Positions 25,646 to 35,773 of a DNA stretch of 64,000 nt are shown here, piece by piece (the first letter of the stretch is position 1; every line of letters begins with the position of its first letter). The DNA is from Candidatus Magasanikbacteria bacterium CG11_big_fil_rev_8_21_14_0_20_39_34 (GTDB taxonomy: Bacteria; Patescibacteriota; Patescibacteriia; Magasanikbacterales; UBA922), in the NCBI GenBank assembly GCA_002787355.1, contig PCWN01000001.1, positions 13,838 through 77,837 on the forward strand, given 5' to 3'. The notes under the pieces were generated by a model, which searched no databases, was not told the DNA's origin, and saw only the letters and a list, made by a program, of their open reading frames with translations. The position numbers and the translations under genes were made by a program.

Positions 25646-27481
25646 TTATTTTTTTGAAAAGTAAAGATCAAAACCAACATTGGTAATAGGTCCTCGCTGT
25701 TTTTCTGAGCTCCAGTCTATGTAGTTAAACTGTGCTCCAACTTTTACACTCTCATTTTCTGCCTCCAAATACATCTTTTCCTGTGGGATCTCTGGTTGAT
25801 ACTGGTTGAAACTACGACTCAATGAATCAATGAGATCGCCAACCAACAACTCAACCGCTTGTTCTCCTTCAAAATTTACCATTATTCTACCTGCCACCAA
25901 CTGAATATCAATCTCCTTTTCTTCAAAGGAGAATGTTTGTTTGTTTAAATTTCTCATATCTGAATTGAGACCAATATTTTTTATCACGTATTCAAATGGA
26001 TGATTTTTTGTAACCTCAGAATTCTTTGCCTGAAAAAATCTTTGAGAACTCCCCTCTGCCATACGTGGATAAACCTCCTGAATATTTAAAATTTTTAAGA
26101 CGTGGTTGTATATATCATAACGATGCATACCGCCTTCTGAGGTCTTATAAATATCTTCTGTAAACCAACCATCAATCTTATTTGAACCATCATGATCTAT
26201 GATATATCGAAATTTAGACTGAACACTTTGTACATATTCATAGTCATAAGTATGATCTTTAGGAAAAGAAATGACCTTTCCCCCCACAAAAAGATTTTCT
26301 TGCTCCAAAAGATGCTCCAGCCTTCCTATCTGTGACTGCATGGATACAGAAAACATGCCCCAAGGACCCCACATGGTAAAGAAAAGAAAAAGTGCCAGGC
26401 TCATAGGAACCATTTTCAACTCTTTTCCCTTAGAAAAAAGGTAGTAAAAAGATACAAACAATAACCAAACACCTAGTTCTACTACCAAATAGCGTTGTTC
26501 GGTCCAACCATAATAATAAATACGTATGCCAATAGCCATGAACAAAACAATAGCCAAAGGTATCGTGAGGATAAATAAAGCCCGAAAGAATTTTTTAAGC
26601 CACTGAAATTTTTCTTGAAGCTGAAGCGGATACCCCAGAACAAAAGTAAGTATGGCGGCTCCACAATATCCAATTACCCAATAACCCGTTCCACCAAGCG
26701 GCCAATTCCAAGTAAATACAATCTTTCCCAGATAAATATAGAGGATAATAAAGAAAAAAGTTAATAGTGGAACTAAAATAAATTGCGTAAGAACACGAAA
26801 AAGTGCTGGATAATCTTGTTCTCTTTCAAAAACTTTTACATCTTTGGGGAACCCTGAAAGAAAATACCAGGTTGCAAAGATGCCGGCAATAAGAACAAAT
26901 ACACGCCCATAGCTTTCTCCTTGTATATCTATCCCAAATAAATAATCAATAGACCACAATGCGGCAAATACTCCCAACAAAAGGATAAGAGAAAACAATA
27001 CGGTTACACAGATACGCAAAAAAAGATGGTACACATAGTGCCAGTGAGCACTACCATTTTTTTGATCCCAAAATGGAGCTATGAAAATAAAAAGATAGGT
27101 AATAATATTAAAAAAGAAAAAACGTTTTACATGAATTTCGGAAAAATCATTTGGATTCCCTGGAAGCAAAAAATAATACAATACAATAAGCAAGATAGAT
27201 ATTCCATGCAAAAGCCCCCATAAATATTTTTGCTTTTGATATTTCTCTGCAATCAATGTAGCAAGCAAAAAAAGTGGCACCGCCAAGGCACACATCATAA
27301 GTGTCTTCTCTTGCACCGCAAGGTCAAGTCCGGAAACACGGTCCACGCTTACCAAATAAAGACCTAAAGCCGTTCCCAAAAGAGTCGTAACTACCACTAC
27401 GGGAAACCGTCGCATCATTATAGAAACGGAATCAATCACCTGCTGAATTGAAAATTTTTGCATTTTTTGAAGGAAGGACAT
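25646..27481 (-). CDS. DUF4153-family multi-pass membrane protein
   Basis: About 11 TM segments, AIGIRIYYYGWTEQRY, GPWGMFSVSMQSQ..RL. Confidence 0.8.
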   Translation of the reverse strand: MSFLQKMQKFSIQQVIDSVSIMMRRFPVVVVTTLLGTALGLYLVSVDRVSGLDLAVQEKTLMMCALAVPLFLLATLIAEKYQKQKYLWGLLHGISILLIVLYYFLLPGNPNDFSEIHVKRFFFFNIITYLFIFIAPFWDQKNGSAHWHYVYHLFLRICVTVLFSLILLLGVFAALWSIDYLFGIDIQGESYGRVFVLIAGIFATWYFLSGFPKDVKVFEREQDYPALFRVLTQFILVPLLTFFFIILYIYLGKIVFTWNWPLGGTGYWVIGYCGAAILTFVLGYPLQLQEKFQWLKKFFRALFILTIPLAIVLFMAIGIRIYYYGWTEQRYLVVELGVWLLFVSFYYLFSKGKELKMVPMSLALFLFFTMWGPWGMFSVSMQSQIGRLEHLLEQENLFVGGKVISFPKDHTYDYEYVQSVQSKFRYIIDHDGSNKIDGWFTEDIYKTSEGGMHRYDIYNHVLKILNIQEVYPRMAEGSSQRFFQAKNSEVTKNHPFEYVIKNIGLNSDMRNLNKQTFSFEEKEIDIQLVAGRIMVNFEGEQAVELLVGDLIDSLSRSFNQYQPEIPQEKMYLEAENESVKVGAQFNYIDWSSEKQRGPITNVGFDLYFSKK

Positions 27482-27603
27482 AAGACAAAAAATTAAAGGG
27501 ATTCTAAACGAATACTCTTTATTTAGTATAGCACCAAACCAAATATGTGCAACAGCAAATCTACTTGCTTTTTTTTGGAATCACCATTACTATATTTGCA
27601 TCT

Positions 27604-28272
27604 ATGGGAAAAAAACGTGATAAAACTTCTCGATATTCAGCCCTCCACCACATGGAGAATGTTTTTGACTATAAATACAGTGCATCTCTCCCTCAAAAAG
27701 GAAACTGGTTCTCTTTATTTGGAAATAATAACCCAATTGTGTTAGAACTTGCATGCGGAAAAGGAGATTATACCCTAAAGTTAGCAAAAAAATATCCAGA
27801 AAAAAACTTTATCGCTATGGATATTAAAGGGGCACGGATATACATTGGGGCAAAAGAAGCACAGCAAAGGGGTCTAAAAAATGTCTTTTTTCTGCGTGCA
27901 TATATAGACCACCTCGAGGAATATTTTCACCATGGAGAAATTCATGAAATTTGGATCCCCTTCCCCGATCCTCATCCTACAGAAAAAGGACAAAAAAAAC
28001 GACTGACCAGTCTTAAATTTTTAAATCAATACAAACGGGTCTTGAGACCAAAAGGAATAGTCAATCTCAAAACGGATTCAGAACTTCTTTTTGACTATAC
28101 GCTTGAAATGCTTGATCAAGAACATATCACCCCAAAACAGATTTTGTTTAATATGGATCTCAATAGTGCTCTTGATTCCGAACAAGAAGAACTTCTTGCC
28201 ATACAAACGTATTACGAAAAACAACATAGACTTCAAAAGAAAAAAATTCATTTTCTTTCTTTCTCTTTCTGA
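27604..28272 (+). CDS. trmB: tRNA (guanine46-N7)-methyltransferase
   Basis: VLELACGKG, DIKGARI, IPFPDP, KRL, LKTD, TYYE. Confidence 0.93.
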   Translation: MGKKRDKTSRYSALHHMENVFDYKYSASLPQKGNWFSLFGNNNPIVLELACGKGDYTLKLAKKYPEKNFIAMDIKGARIYIGAKEAQQRGLKNVFFLRAYIDHLEEYFHHGEIHEIWIPFPDPHPTEKGQKKRLTSLKFLNQYKRVLRPKGIVNLKTDSELLFDYTLEMLDQEHITPKQILFNMDLNSALDSEQEELLAIQTYYEKQHRLQKKKIHFLSFSF

Positions 28273-28282
28273 TTCATTTTTT

Positions 28283-28867
28283 ATGTACGAAATAGAAACA
28301 AAATTTGCTTATACTTTAGAAACAAAAAATAATCTTACTAAAAATGCAAGCTTTGTAAAAAAAGAATCTTTTACTGATACGTACTTTGACACAAAAGATT
28401 GGAATCTCATATCAACAGATATATGGTTGAGAAAACGTGACCATGTTTGGGAAATAAAAATTCCTCAGCATGATCACTCCAACATTAATGCACGAATTTC
28501 TGACAACTACAAAGAAGTTGTGGGCGAAGAAAATATTCTTCAAGAACTTAAGCTTTCTAAAAAACTTGAAACTCAGTTTGAACCCAAAATAATGTTTACC
28601 ACGACAAGAGAAACCTACTCTCTACCACCTTTCACATTAGTTTTTGATGAAACGGACTTTGGGCATCAGATTGGTGAGGTAGAGATTCTTGTGAAAGATA
28701 TCTCTCTAACCAAGCAAGCGGAGGAACAAATTGAAGCATTTTGTAAAACACATGGTCTTGTTCCACATTCTGCCATGGGGAAATGTGTCGTCTATATGAA
28801 AACACATTATCCAAAAGAACTCAGCAAATTTATAAAAATGGGAATTATTCGCTCATACAACATATAA
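28283..28867 (+). CDS. CYTH-domain (triphosphate tunnel) protein
   Basis: YEIETKF (ExExK), DTYFDT, WLRKR, WEIK, GEVE. Confidence 0.85.
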   Translation: MYEIETKFAYTLETKNNLTKNASFVKKESFTDTYFDTKDWNLISTDIWLRKRDHVWEIKIPQHDHSNINARISDNYKEVVGEENILQELKLSKKLETQFEPKIMFTTTRETYSLPPFTLVFDETDFGHQIGEVEILVKDISLTKQAEEQIEAFCKTHGLVPHSAMGKCVVYMKTHYPKELSKFIKMGIIRSYNI

Positions 28868-28894
28868 AAAACAGGTCAATGGACCTGTTTTTTA

Positions 28895-29227
28895 TTATGT
28901 TTTATCACCACTCCACAAAAGAAAAATCTTCTTTTTAAATCCCCCCTTTTTTTCAAACCGGACTTTTCTTCTCTGTTCAAGAGCGGTGTCTTCTATATCA
29001 AATTCCTCTTGTATAGCTCGTAAAACCTCCACAACATCTGCAAGCTCATTGAGAATATCTTCTGATTCAGACGCTTGTAAAAACTCCTCTGCTTCTTCTA
29101 CAAGCTTTCGCTTGAGCTCTAACCTATAGTCATCTTTTTGCAAAGTTTCTATTTCATATGCAACCTGTTTTTCATTCATATTCTCTGGGACACGATCCCT
29201 TATAAGTTTTCGGTAATATTTTTTCAT
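28895..29227 (-). CDS. MazG-like nucleoside triphosphate pyrophosphohydrolase
   Basis: YRKLIRDRVP, KLVEEAEEF, ELADVVEV, KKGGF. Confidence 0.88.
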   Translation of the reverse strand: MKKYYRKLIRDRVPENMNEKQVAYEIETLQKDDYRLELKRKLVEEAEEFLQASESEDILNELADVVEVLRAIQEEFDIEDTALEQRRKVRFEKKGGFKKKIFLLWSGDKT

Positions 29228-29260
29228 ACTTTCAAGTAGTAAATCGGAAGCCAAAAAGAA

Positions 29261-30235
29261 TTAACTATCAAACGATATCAATGCCATCATATCATGTACT
29301 CTTTGTCTGTCAAACACAGAAAATACTGGTACCCCAAGTAATATTTGTGCATTTACAAAAATTATCGGGCGGCCTACTATATATCCCCTTTTATGGGGTG
29401 GCCGTACTGAAAGAGTAAGCCCATATTTGTTTAAAAAATATTCTTTTATGTGTTCGCGGCGTACCTTTCCAATGGGCAAAATAAATGGTTTATATTTTTT
29501 TGTGTTACTCGAGTAATACATTTTGTGCTCCGCATGCAAAAAAACATATGCCCGTGCCGTCTCTATTCGAAAGGAATTTTTTAACTCTTTTTTTTGTTTC
29601 AGTTCCAATTTTCCATTACTTATAAAAAATTTACATTGCTTTTTTAACGGGCAAGAATCACAAAGTGGTTCTTTTTTACAAACCAAATTTGCAAAATCCA
29701 TAACCGCTCCATTGAAAATTTTTTTTTCGGCTTTTATTTTTTCATCAAAATTTTTTTCATCAAATTTTTCAGATTTATTCCCGAAAAAAAATCTCCCAAA
29801 CACCTTTTGGAGGTTGGTGTCCCACGCTAAGGAGTCTTTTGAATATCCAAAACTGAGGATCGCATTTGCAGTATAGGCCCCAACACCCTGTAACGTCATG
29901 AGTTCTTTTTTTGTTTTGGGAAATTGTCCGCCGTACTCTCTCACAATTTTTTTTGCAGTTTCGAGCATGTTCTTCCCCCGACGATAATATCCAAGCCCTT
30001 GGTAAAAGGGAAGAAATTCCTCCCATGAGGCCTTCGCAAGCTCTTCTACAGAAGGAAACCTCTTTAAAAAATTTTCATAATAGATCACCACCCGAGAAAC
30101 CTGCGTTTGTTGGAGCATCACTTCTGAAACCCAAACTTCATAGGCAGAAATGCGTTTTCTTCTCCATGGAAGCCCCTTCCTCTCATTCTTTTTGAACCAC
30201 TCAAGAAGTCCTTTTTCAAAGGAATAAATTTTCAT
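29261..30235 (-). CDS. mutY: A/G-specific adenine glycosylase
   Basis: LPWR, YEVWVSEVMLQQTQV, GLGYYRR, GVGAYTA, Fe-S motif C-x5-C-x2-C-x5-C. Confidence 0.93.
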   Translation of the reverse strand: MKIYSFEKGLLEWFKKNERKGLPWRRKRISAYEVWVSEVMLQQTQVSRVVIYYENFLKRFPSVEELAKASWEEFLPFYQGLGYYRRGKNMLETAKKIVREYGGQFPKTKKELMTLQGVGAYTANAILSFGYSKDSLAWDTNLQKVFGRFFFGNKSEKFDEKNFDEKIKAEKKIFNGAVMDFANLVCKKEPLCDSCPLKKQCKFFISNGKLELKQKKELKNSFRIETARAYVFLHAEHKMYYSSNTKKYKPFILPIGKVRREHIKEYFLNKYGLTLSVRPPHKRGYIVGRPIIFVNAQILLGVPVFSVFDRQRVHDMMALISFDS

Positions 30236-30249
30236 ACATCATCAATACA

Positions 30250-30837
30250 TTATTTTTGGAGCCACAGCTCCATGAGTTTATTTTTTTCTATTTGGGAAAG
30301 AGAAAAATCTTTTCCACTTTGCATACGCTGCCGTGTTATCTCCGACAAAAAAAGTGCTGCCGCAACGGAAACATTAAAGCTTTCCACAAAGCCTCTCATA
30401 GGAAAATATATCTTTCTATCACAAAATTTTTGAGCCTCCTTTGAAATTCCTCGATGTTCATTTCCAATGATGAGTGCAATTTTTTCGCATGTAAAATCTT
30501 CCTGATAAAAGTTTGTTGCTTGTGCATCCAAAATGGTACCTACCAAAGTATACCCCTCAGAATGAAGCTCAGAAAGGCAATCCTTGGTAGAAGAAAATGT
30601 TTTATAGGTTAACCACTTATTTGCAGAAGATGAGGATGCTTTTCCTACACGCCTTGGATTATATTGGGGTTCTTCCTCAAAGATAAAATGTACCTCTTGT
30701 ACACCAAAAGCATCGCAGCTGCGAAGAATCGCAGCTGCATTATGAGGATCGGAAATGTTTTCAATCACGACTACAAAGTCCCTCTGTCTTTGTGCTATCA
30801 CTGAATCAATTTTCTGTTGTCTTTGTTCCGTTTTCAT
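30250..30837 (-). CDS. TrmH/SpoU-family RNA 2'-O-methyltransferase
   Basis: DPHNAAAILRSCDAFG, IGNEHRG, PMRGFVESFNVSVA. Confidence 0.92.
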   Translation of the reverse strand: MKTEQRQQKIDSVIAQRQRDFVVVIENISDPHNAAAILRSCDAFGVQEVHFIFEEEPQYNPRRVGKASSSSANKWLTYKTFSSTKDCLSELHSEGYTLVGTILDAQATNFYQEDFTCEKIALIIGNEHRGISKEAQKFCDRKIYFPMRGFVESFNVSVAAALFLSEITRQRMQSGKDFSLSQIEKNKLMELWLQK

Positions 30838-30854
30838 GTTTATACTTTTTTTAT

Positions 30855-31151
30855 TTACCAGAGGTGCGCTCCAAGGTAGATAATAAGAGCAAGCACACAA
30901 ATAAAGATGATATTCCTAAAAAATTTTTCTCCACCTCGCACATGATACATATTATGAATGTTACTTTTCAGTACAAAGTTGTCATCCACTCCACCACTAT
31001 GGTAGTTTAATTTTTCTTGAATAATCTCTAAGGCATCATCTATTTCTTTTTCATCCAAAAACCCTCTTTCAAGAAGTTCTTCTTTTATTTTGTCTTTTTT
31101 TACACCTTTTGCGAGCTGCTGTTCAATGAAAAGTGTCTCATATCGGGGCAT
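30855..31151 (-). CDS. Hypothetical protein with C-terminal TM helix
   Basis: Operonic position and typical host codon usage. Confidence 0.6.
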   Translation of the reverse strand: MPRYETLFIEQQLAKGVKKDKIKEELLERGFLDEKEIDDALEIIQEKLNYHSGGVDDNFVLKSNIHNMYHVRGGEKFFRNIIFICVLALIIYLGAHLW

Positions 31152-31269
31152 ACTTGAACATTAGTATTTATATCCCCCCTTTTCTGCTGGTATTATAACA
31201 AAAGGCCTTCCCGTGAGCAAGAAAAAGTACACCCAGAAAGGTGTACTTTTTCTATTTGTTCTTTTTTTG

Positions 31270-32130
31270 CTAAAGAAGGATACTTTCTGGAATTTCAGCG
31301 GATTCCTGAACCATATAGATATCCTCACCATATTCACCACGTCCTACAAACTCTGCCCCGCCTTCCAAAACTCTTTCATAGGGTGTGCATGCATGACATC
31401 CATTGCCCTGAGAACACTTAAAGGCCTCAAGCTGACGAGCAAGTTTAATCTTTTTAGCAATTTCCATTACTTTCTGTTCAGATTCTTCCAGTCCCGGCAA
31501 CTCTCTTTGCGTCAAAGCTGGCCCTTCTTCCAAATACCAGTAGCTTACTCTATCTACTTTTCTATGTTGGCAGTTGTGAACCAAGAGATGGTAGATAGGC
31601 AGCTGAAGTGAATCATCTTCTTCACGAGAACGCCCTGTTTTGAAGTCAATAATATGGACACTGTCGGTGTCTTTGAGATATTCTAACCAATCTATTTTTC
31701 CACACAGAATAATATTTTCTTCCTCACTCAACCAATAATACGGAAGATCCTGTTGTATTTTTACTGCTAAATTTTGCAGAGGCCCGGGGTGACTCATAAC
31801 CGTTCTGAGCATTTCTTGACCGCGCATCTTATATTTTCTTTCCTGTTCTTGGCTCACAAACCCTCCTTTTTTCCCTGAAACTTTTTCCCAAACCACATCA
31901 AACTTTTGTATGAGCGACTCACGAAAACGTTTATCTACAGAAAGTGAGGAGAGTTGCTCTAACACCTCATGTACTGCCTGTCCCAAAGCCAGTGCTGGCC
32001 CAACCACCTTAATTTTATTTCCACTTTTTGGGTGACGAAAAATATGCTGGAGATAGTACGCCCGAGGACACTTTTTAAAGTTGGAAATGGAGCTGTGGGA
32101 AACCCACAAAGCCGTATATTTATCTTTCAT
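31270..32130 (-). CDS. PD-(D/E)XK nuclease (RecB/AddB C-terminal-like)
   Basis: SHSSISNFKKCP, GQAVH, GKID, IIDFKTG, QLPIY, C-terminal C-x5-C-x2-C. Confidence 0.88.
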   Translation of the reverse strand: MKDKYTALWVSHSSISNFKKCPRAYYLQHIFRHPKSGNKIKVVGPALALGQAVHEVLEQLSSLSVDKRFRESLIQKFDVVWEKVSGKKGGFVSQEQERKYKMRGQEMLRTVMSHPGPLQNLAVKIQQDLPYYWLSEEENIILCGKIDWLEYLKDTDSVHIIDFKTGRSREEDDSLQLPIYHLLVHNCQHRKVDRVSYWYLEEGPALTQRELPGLEESEQKVMEIAKKIKLARQLEAFKCSQGNGCHACTPYERVLEGGAEFVGRGEYGEDIYMVQESAEIPESILL

Positions 32131-32236
32131 AGTCACTCTAGTATAGCAAATGGGGCTGTGAGTACCAAATACTTGACTTTTTCATGGCTCCAATGTATTA
32201 TATCGGTACGTTTTTCTAAACACCCAGAGAGTCAAT

Positions 32237-32309
32237 GGGCCCGTAGCTTAGTTGGTAGAGCGCCGCATTTGCACTGCGGAGGTCAGGAGTTCGAATCTCC
32301 TCGGGTCCA
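32237..32309 (+). tRNA. tRNA-Ala(TGC)
   Basis: Cloverleaf, anticodon arm CCGCA-TT-TGC-AC-TGCGG, G3.U70 pair, no encoded CCA. Confidence 0.96.
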
Positions 32310-32394
32310 CAAAACGTGCAAACAGTACAAGAGAACAGTTGGTCCATCAATGAAGCGAAAAAGATTGAGTGCCAACTGTTTTTTACTATTTTAT

Positions 32395-32466
32395 GCCGAG
32401 GTAGCTCAGTGGTAGAGCAGAGGACTGAAAATCCTCGTGTCGTGAGTTCAATTCTCACCCTCGGCA
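32395..32466 (+). tRNA. tRNA-Phe(GAA)
   Basis: GCCGAGG/CCTCGGC acceptor stem, anticodon loop CT-GAA-AA. Confidence 0.96.
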
Positions 32467-32473
32467 CACATAA

Positions 32474-32550
32474 CGGAGTGTAGCTCAGTTGGCTAGAGCG
32501 CCTGGTTTGGGACCAGGAGGTCGTAGGTTCGAGTCCTATCACTCCGACCA
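32474..32550 (+). tRNA. tRNA-Pro(TGG)
   Basis: CGGAGTG/CACTCCG acceptor stem, CCTGG-TT-TGG-GA-CCAGG, encoded CCA, followed by a terminator at 32551-32580. Confidence 0.96.
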
Positions 32551-32579
32551 AAAAACACCGTGTTAAACACGGTGTTTTT

Positions 32580-34310
32580 TTATACAGATAGATTCATCAT
32601 TCCATCCTCCGATAAGATTTTAAAATAACACAGCTCACAAAGAAATCGTTTTCCCTCCTCTTCCAAAGACGGTACAAAAATATTTTTCTTGCAGTCGCTA
32701 CATGTTTGCAAAAAAAGTTGTAAATGCAAAAGATCCTTGTATCGTTGCTTTCTTCGTACCGTGGGATGCTTTCTTGGAAGTGCCAGCTGAAATTTTTTAT
32801 GAAATTCCAACTCTGGCTCCACAATTCTAAATGGTCTTCCAGAAACAGGACAAACAAAGGTTTCTTCCAAAAGTTCTTCATGAAAATCTGCAAGTTTTAC
32901 TGGCAACTGTTCAATGGGCAATGCGTCTGAAGTATCTGCTTGCGGGAACTGAAAAAATCGTGCTCCAATTGCTTCAATTTTTTCTTGTGTGAGTGGAAAA
33001 AATACATCCGCATGAGAGGTGTTGTATGCCAAGAGAGAGACCCAGTACGGAAAAAAGTTCCCATACTCTCCTGCCTGAAACATCTGCAGCTTTATTTGAT
33101 CAATGAGTTTCCAATACTCTTCTTCAGAATACTGTACATTAAAGATGCAAAATTTTTTTCTTCGTAATCCGATACACCCAAAGCAATGCTCGCATGAAAA
33201 ACAAAGCTCACTGTACTCTACGTCAACGCAATCATGACACCCAATACACATTTTATTTTCATACCCTCCTGTTACGGAAATAGTGTTCACACAAAGTTCC
33301 AACTGGGTGCAAGTGGTTATATCACAGGCGTCATTTATAAACGACGCATCATACACATTGTATACGCGTTCCATCTTCAATGCCTCGAGCCCCATGGCAT
33401 CTCTACTATCAATAAGATTTGAACCACGAACATTTTCTGACTGGTAATTACTTTCTGCAATGTAGTAACCCTTAGTCCAATAATCTTTTACCTTTCTCCC
33501 CCACTCTTCAACCACTTCTGCATTACCAAGATCTATATTAGAAACTATAGCCTTATACTCTTCCTCTGTAAGTTGCTCATTAAAAAAACAAAATTTTTTA
33601 TTTTCAAGATTTACACAACCAAAACAGTCGCTGCAATTTTTGCACCCAAAGCTGAAGTGAGTATGTATACAACCCAGACTATAGTGTGTAAAAAAACAAT
33701 TTGAACATTCAAAAAGTTGAACTCCTTCATAGATCCACTCCGACTGAACAATGTTTGCAACATCAGCACTATTGGAAGCGTTTATACACATATCTGCGTA
33801 CATCACATTCTCGCATTCCATACCGCCGTAGGTTGCATAAGAATTTTTAAATGATATTTCATTAAGAGACCAGCTACAATTTTCACTCCCGGGATCATTA
33901 TAGATAGCCGGGCGTGGAACCCGCTTTGAAAGCGTAATCCACTGATCAAAAAAAGATTTATCCTGATCAAATTTCTGGCCGTATTGCGTTGCATCAAAGG
34001 CATCTGCATGCCACTCTTCAGGAGAAAGAATCGGTGCTTCACTCTCTGGATCATACATAGAAACAATGGGTTTCCCAGATAATGTTTTGCGCAAAAAAAG
34101 ATCCACCCCGCCAATGTGAGCCCTCAATCTTTGCAATCGTATATGTGGGGCAACGTCCGGAAGTGGAACACCAAGTTTTTTGTAAAGATCAAACTCTTCT
34201 TTTGAGATTTCAAAGTCTATGCCAGATTCAGAACAGGTCCGCCGACCTGCCGTTTGTTTTTGATAGTATTGATCCAAAGCACTCTGAAATTGTGGAGTTT
34301 TTTCATTCAT
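32580..34310 (-). CDS. Cys-rich repeat protein of a family common in CPR bacteria
   Basis: Two copies of CxxCFGCxxLxxKKFCxFNxQxxEEEY, short Cys repeats, N- and C-terminal Zn-ribbon-like CxxSGxxFxI..E motifs. Confidence 0.8.
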   Translation of the reverse strand: MNEKTPQFQSALDQYYQKQTAGRRTCSESGIDFEISKEEFDLYKKLGVPLPDVAPHIRLQRLRAHIGGVDLFLRKTLSGKPIVSMYDPESEAPILSPEEWHADAFDATQYGQKFDQDKSFFDQWITLSKRVPRPAIYNDPGSENCSWSLNEISFKNSYATYGGMECENVMYADMCINASNSADVANIVQSEWIYEGVQLFECSNCFFTHYSLGCIHTHFSFGCKNCSDCFGCVNLENKKFCFFNEQLTEEEYKAIVSNIDLGNAEVVEEWGRKVKDYWTKGYYIAESNYQSENVRGSNLIDSRDAMGLEALKMERVYNVYDASFINDACDITTCTQLELCVNTISVTGGYENKMCIGCHDCVDVEYSELCFSCEHCFGCIGLRRKKFCIFNVQYSEEEYWKLIDQIKLQMFQAGEYGNFFPYWVSLLAYNTSHADVFFPLTQEKIEAIGARFFQFPQADTSDALPIEQLPVKLADFHEELLEETFVCPVSGRPFRIVEPELEFHKKFQLALPRKHPTVRRKQRYKDLLHLQLFLQTCSDCKKNIFVPSLEEEGKRFLCELCYFKILSEDGMMNLSV

Positions 34311-34315
34311 ATTTT

Positions 34316-35707
34316 TTATAGTGGTGGCGGAAGTTTCTTTTTCTTTTTATCTTCAGAACTCTTTTTATGCAATTCTTCCACTTTTTCGTTTTTCAGTGTT
34401 TGGTGATACATTTTTTTGTTATTTTCAAGAATTTTTTCCACGTTCTGTGAATATGGTGGCGGTGTGATACGTAAGGACCGGGCAGAAAAAGGCCGCAACG
34501 TTTTTCCATTAAAAGACATCTTTATATAAAATTCCCCTAATCCTAAGTTTAAGAAATCATAGGCATGAAGCTCAGGTTGAAATTCCATAGCAATTCTCTT
34601 GGCATCCATTCCACCAAGACGAAACATAATCATTATGCCAGTATTTCCCAATACTGCGTCAATAAGGTTTTCTGGTATCTGGCTTAAATACTGATTTGCA
34701 ATGGTAATATTGATGGCATATTTTCTTGATTCCGAAAATAGCGATATAAATGACTCCGTAGCCACATTTTGAAACTCATCGACATAAAGATAAAATGGCA
34801 TTCGTTTTTCTTTTTCTTTTTTTGAACGCGCCATGGCCACCTGTTCAATTTTGGTAAGAAAAAATGATCCCAAAAGTGCGCTATTTTTTTCTCCCAGAAG
34901 CCCCTTTGATGTGTTAAGGAGAAATATTTTTTCATCTTCAAGGATACTTTCAACATCTATTTTATTCTCCGGATTGGTAAATATTTTGCGAAGAAGCGGG
35001 TCAGCAAAAAATTCTCCTAACCTGTTGACCAAGGGGGTTATTGCCTCTTGATCATATTTTTGACTAAAACCTGCAAATTCCACGGAGAAAAACCTCCTGG
35101 TCATTTCATCTTGCAAGGAAGACACCACCTTCTGGCGAAACTTTGCGTCGGTAATAAGTTGTAAAAGTCCATAGAGTGTTCCCTCTTCATATTCCAACAT
35201 GGCAAGCGCCGCAAATCGAAAAAGATGCTCGATGCGGGGTGTCCAGGTACTCATGAACTGCTTTTTAAAAATTTCTACCAAACTCTGTGCCACATGTTGA
35301 CGCATGTCCATCGGGACACTGGCAAATGGGTTAAAGGCAAGAGAATACTCGGTATTGGCAGGATCTATATATACGGTATCTAATATTCGTTCCTCCGGGA
35401 TGCAGGCAAGTAAATTTTTAACCAAATCTCCATGCGGATCAATCACAGCTACCCCATAATCACTCTCTATATCGCTTCTAATGAGGTTTTCCAGCAAATA
35501 AGACTTCCCCATTCCACTTTTTCCTAAAATGTACGTATGGCGGTTTCTATCCACTCTACTTATACCAAACTTTTCTGCAGTTTGATACATTCCACTTATA
35601 TAGAGCGTTTTTCCAATAAACGAAATTTCATCCTCAAGATCTGGATGATATTCGGGTAAGTCATTAGGAGACGCCAGAAGAGTAAAGGGGTATTTATCAG
35701 ATGACAT
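34316..35707 (-). CDS. VirD4/TraD/HerA-like P-loop ATPase (DUF87-type), no TM anchor
   Basis: RHTYILGKSGMGKS, VIDPHGDL, LYVDEFQN, SESRKY, ANQYLSQ. Confidence 0.88.
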   Translation of the reverse strand: MSSDKYPFTLLASPNDLPEYHPDLEDEISFIGKTLYISGMYQTAEKFGISRVDRNRHTYILGKSGMGKSYLLENLIRSDIESDYGVAVIDPHGDLVKNLLACIPEERILDTVYIDPANTEYSLAFNPFASVPMDMRQHVAQSLVEIFKKQFMSTWTPRIEHLFRFAALAMLEYEEGTLYGLLQLITDAKFRQKVVSSLQDEMTRRFFSVEFAGFSQKYDQEAITPLVNRLGEFFADPLLRKIFTNPENKIDVESILEDEKIFLLNTSKGLLGEKNSALLGSFFLTKIEQVAMARSKKEKEKRMPFYLYVDEFQNVATESFISLFSESRKYAINITIANQYLSQIPENLIDAVLGNTGIMIMFRLGGMDAKRIAMEFQPELHAYDFLNLGLGEFYIKMSFNGKTLRPFSARSLRITPPPYSQNVEKILENNKKMYHQTLKNEKVEELHKKSSEDKKKKKLPPPL

Positions 35708-35773
35708 ATATATTTTCAATATAAAAGAATTCTCAAAAACTATACCAGAAAGCTTTCACCACGGCAAACAAAA

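Noticed and set aside
32324-32384. Hairpin between tRNA-Ala and tRNA-Phe as a separate ncRNA
   Set aside because: Adequately explained as a spacer processing stem or partial terminator (AACAGTTGG/CCAACTGTT + T-run).
31969-32551. ORFs 31969-32415(+) and 32216-32551(-)
   Set aside because: They overlap three clear tRNA genes and are spurious.
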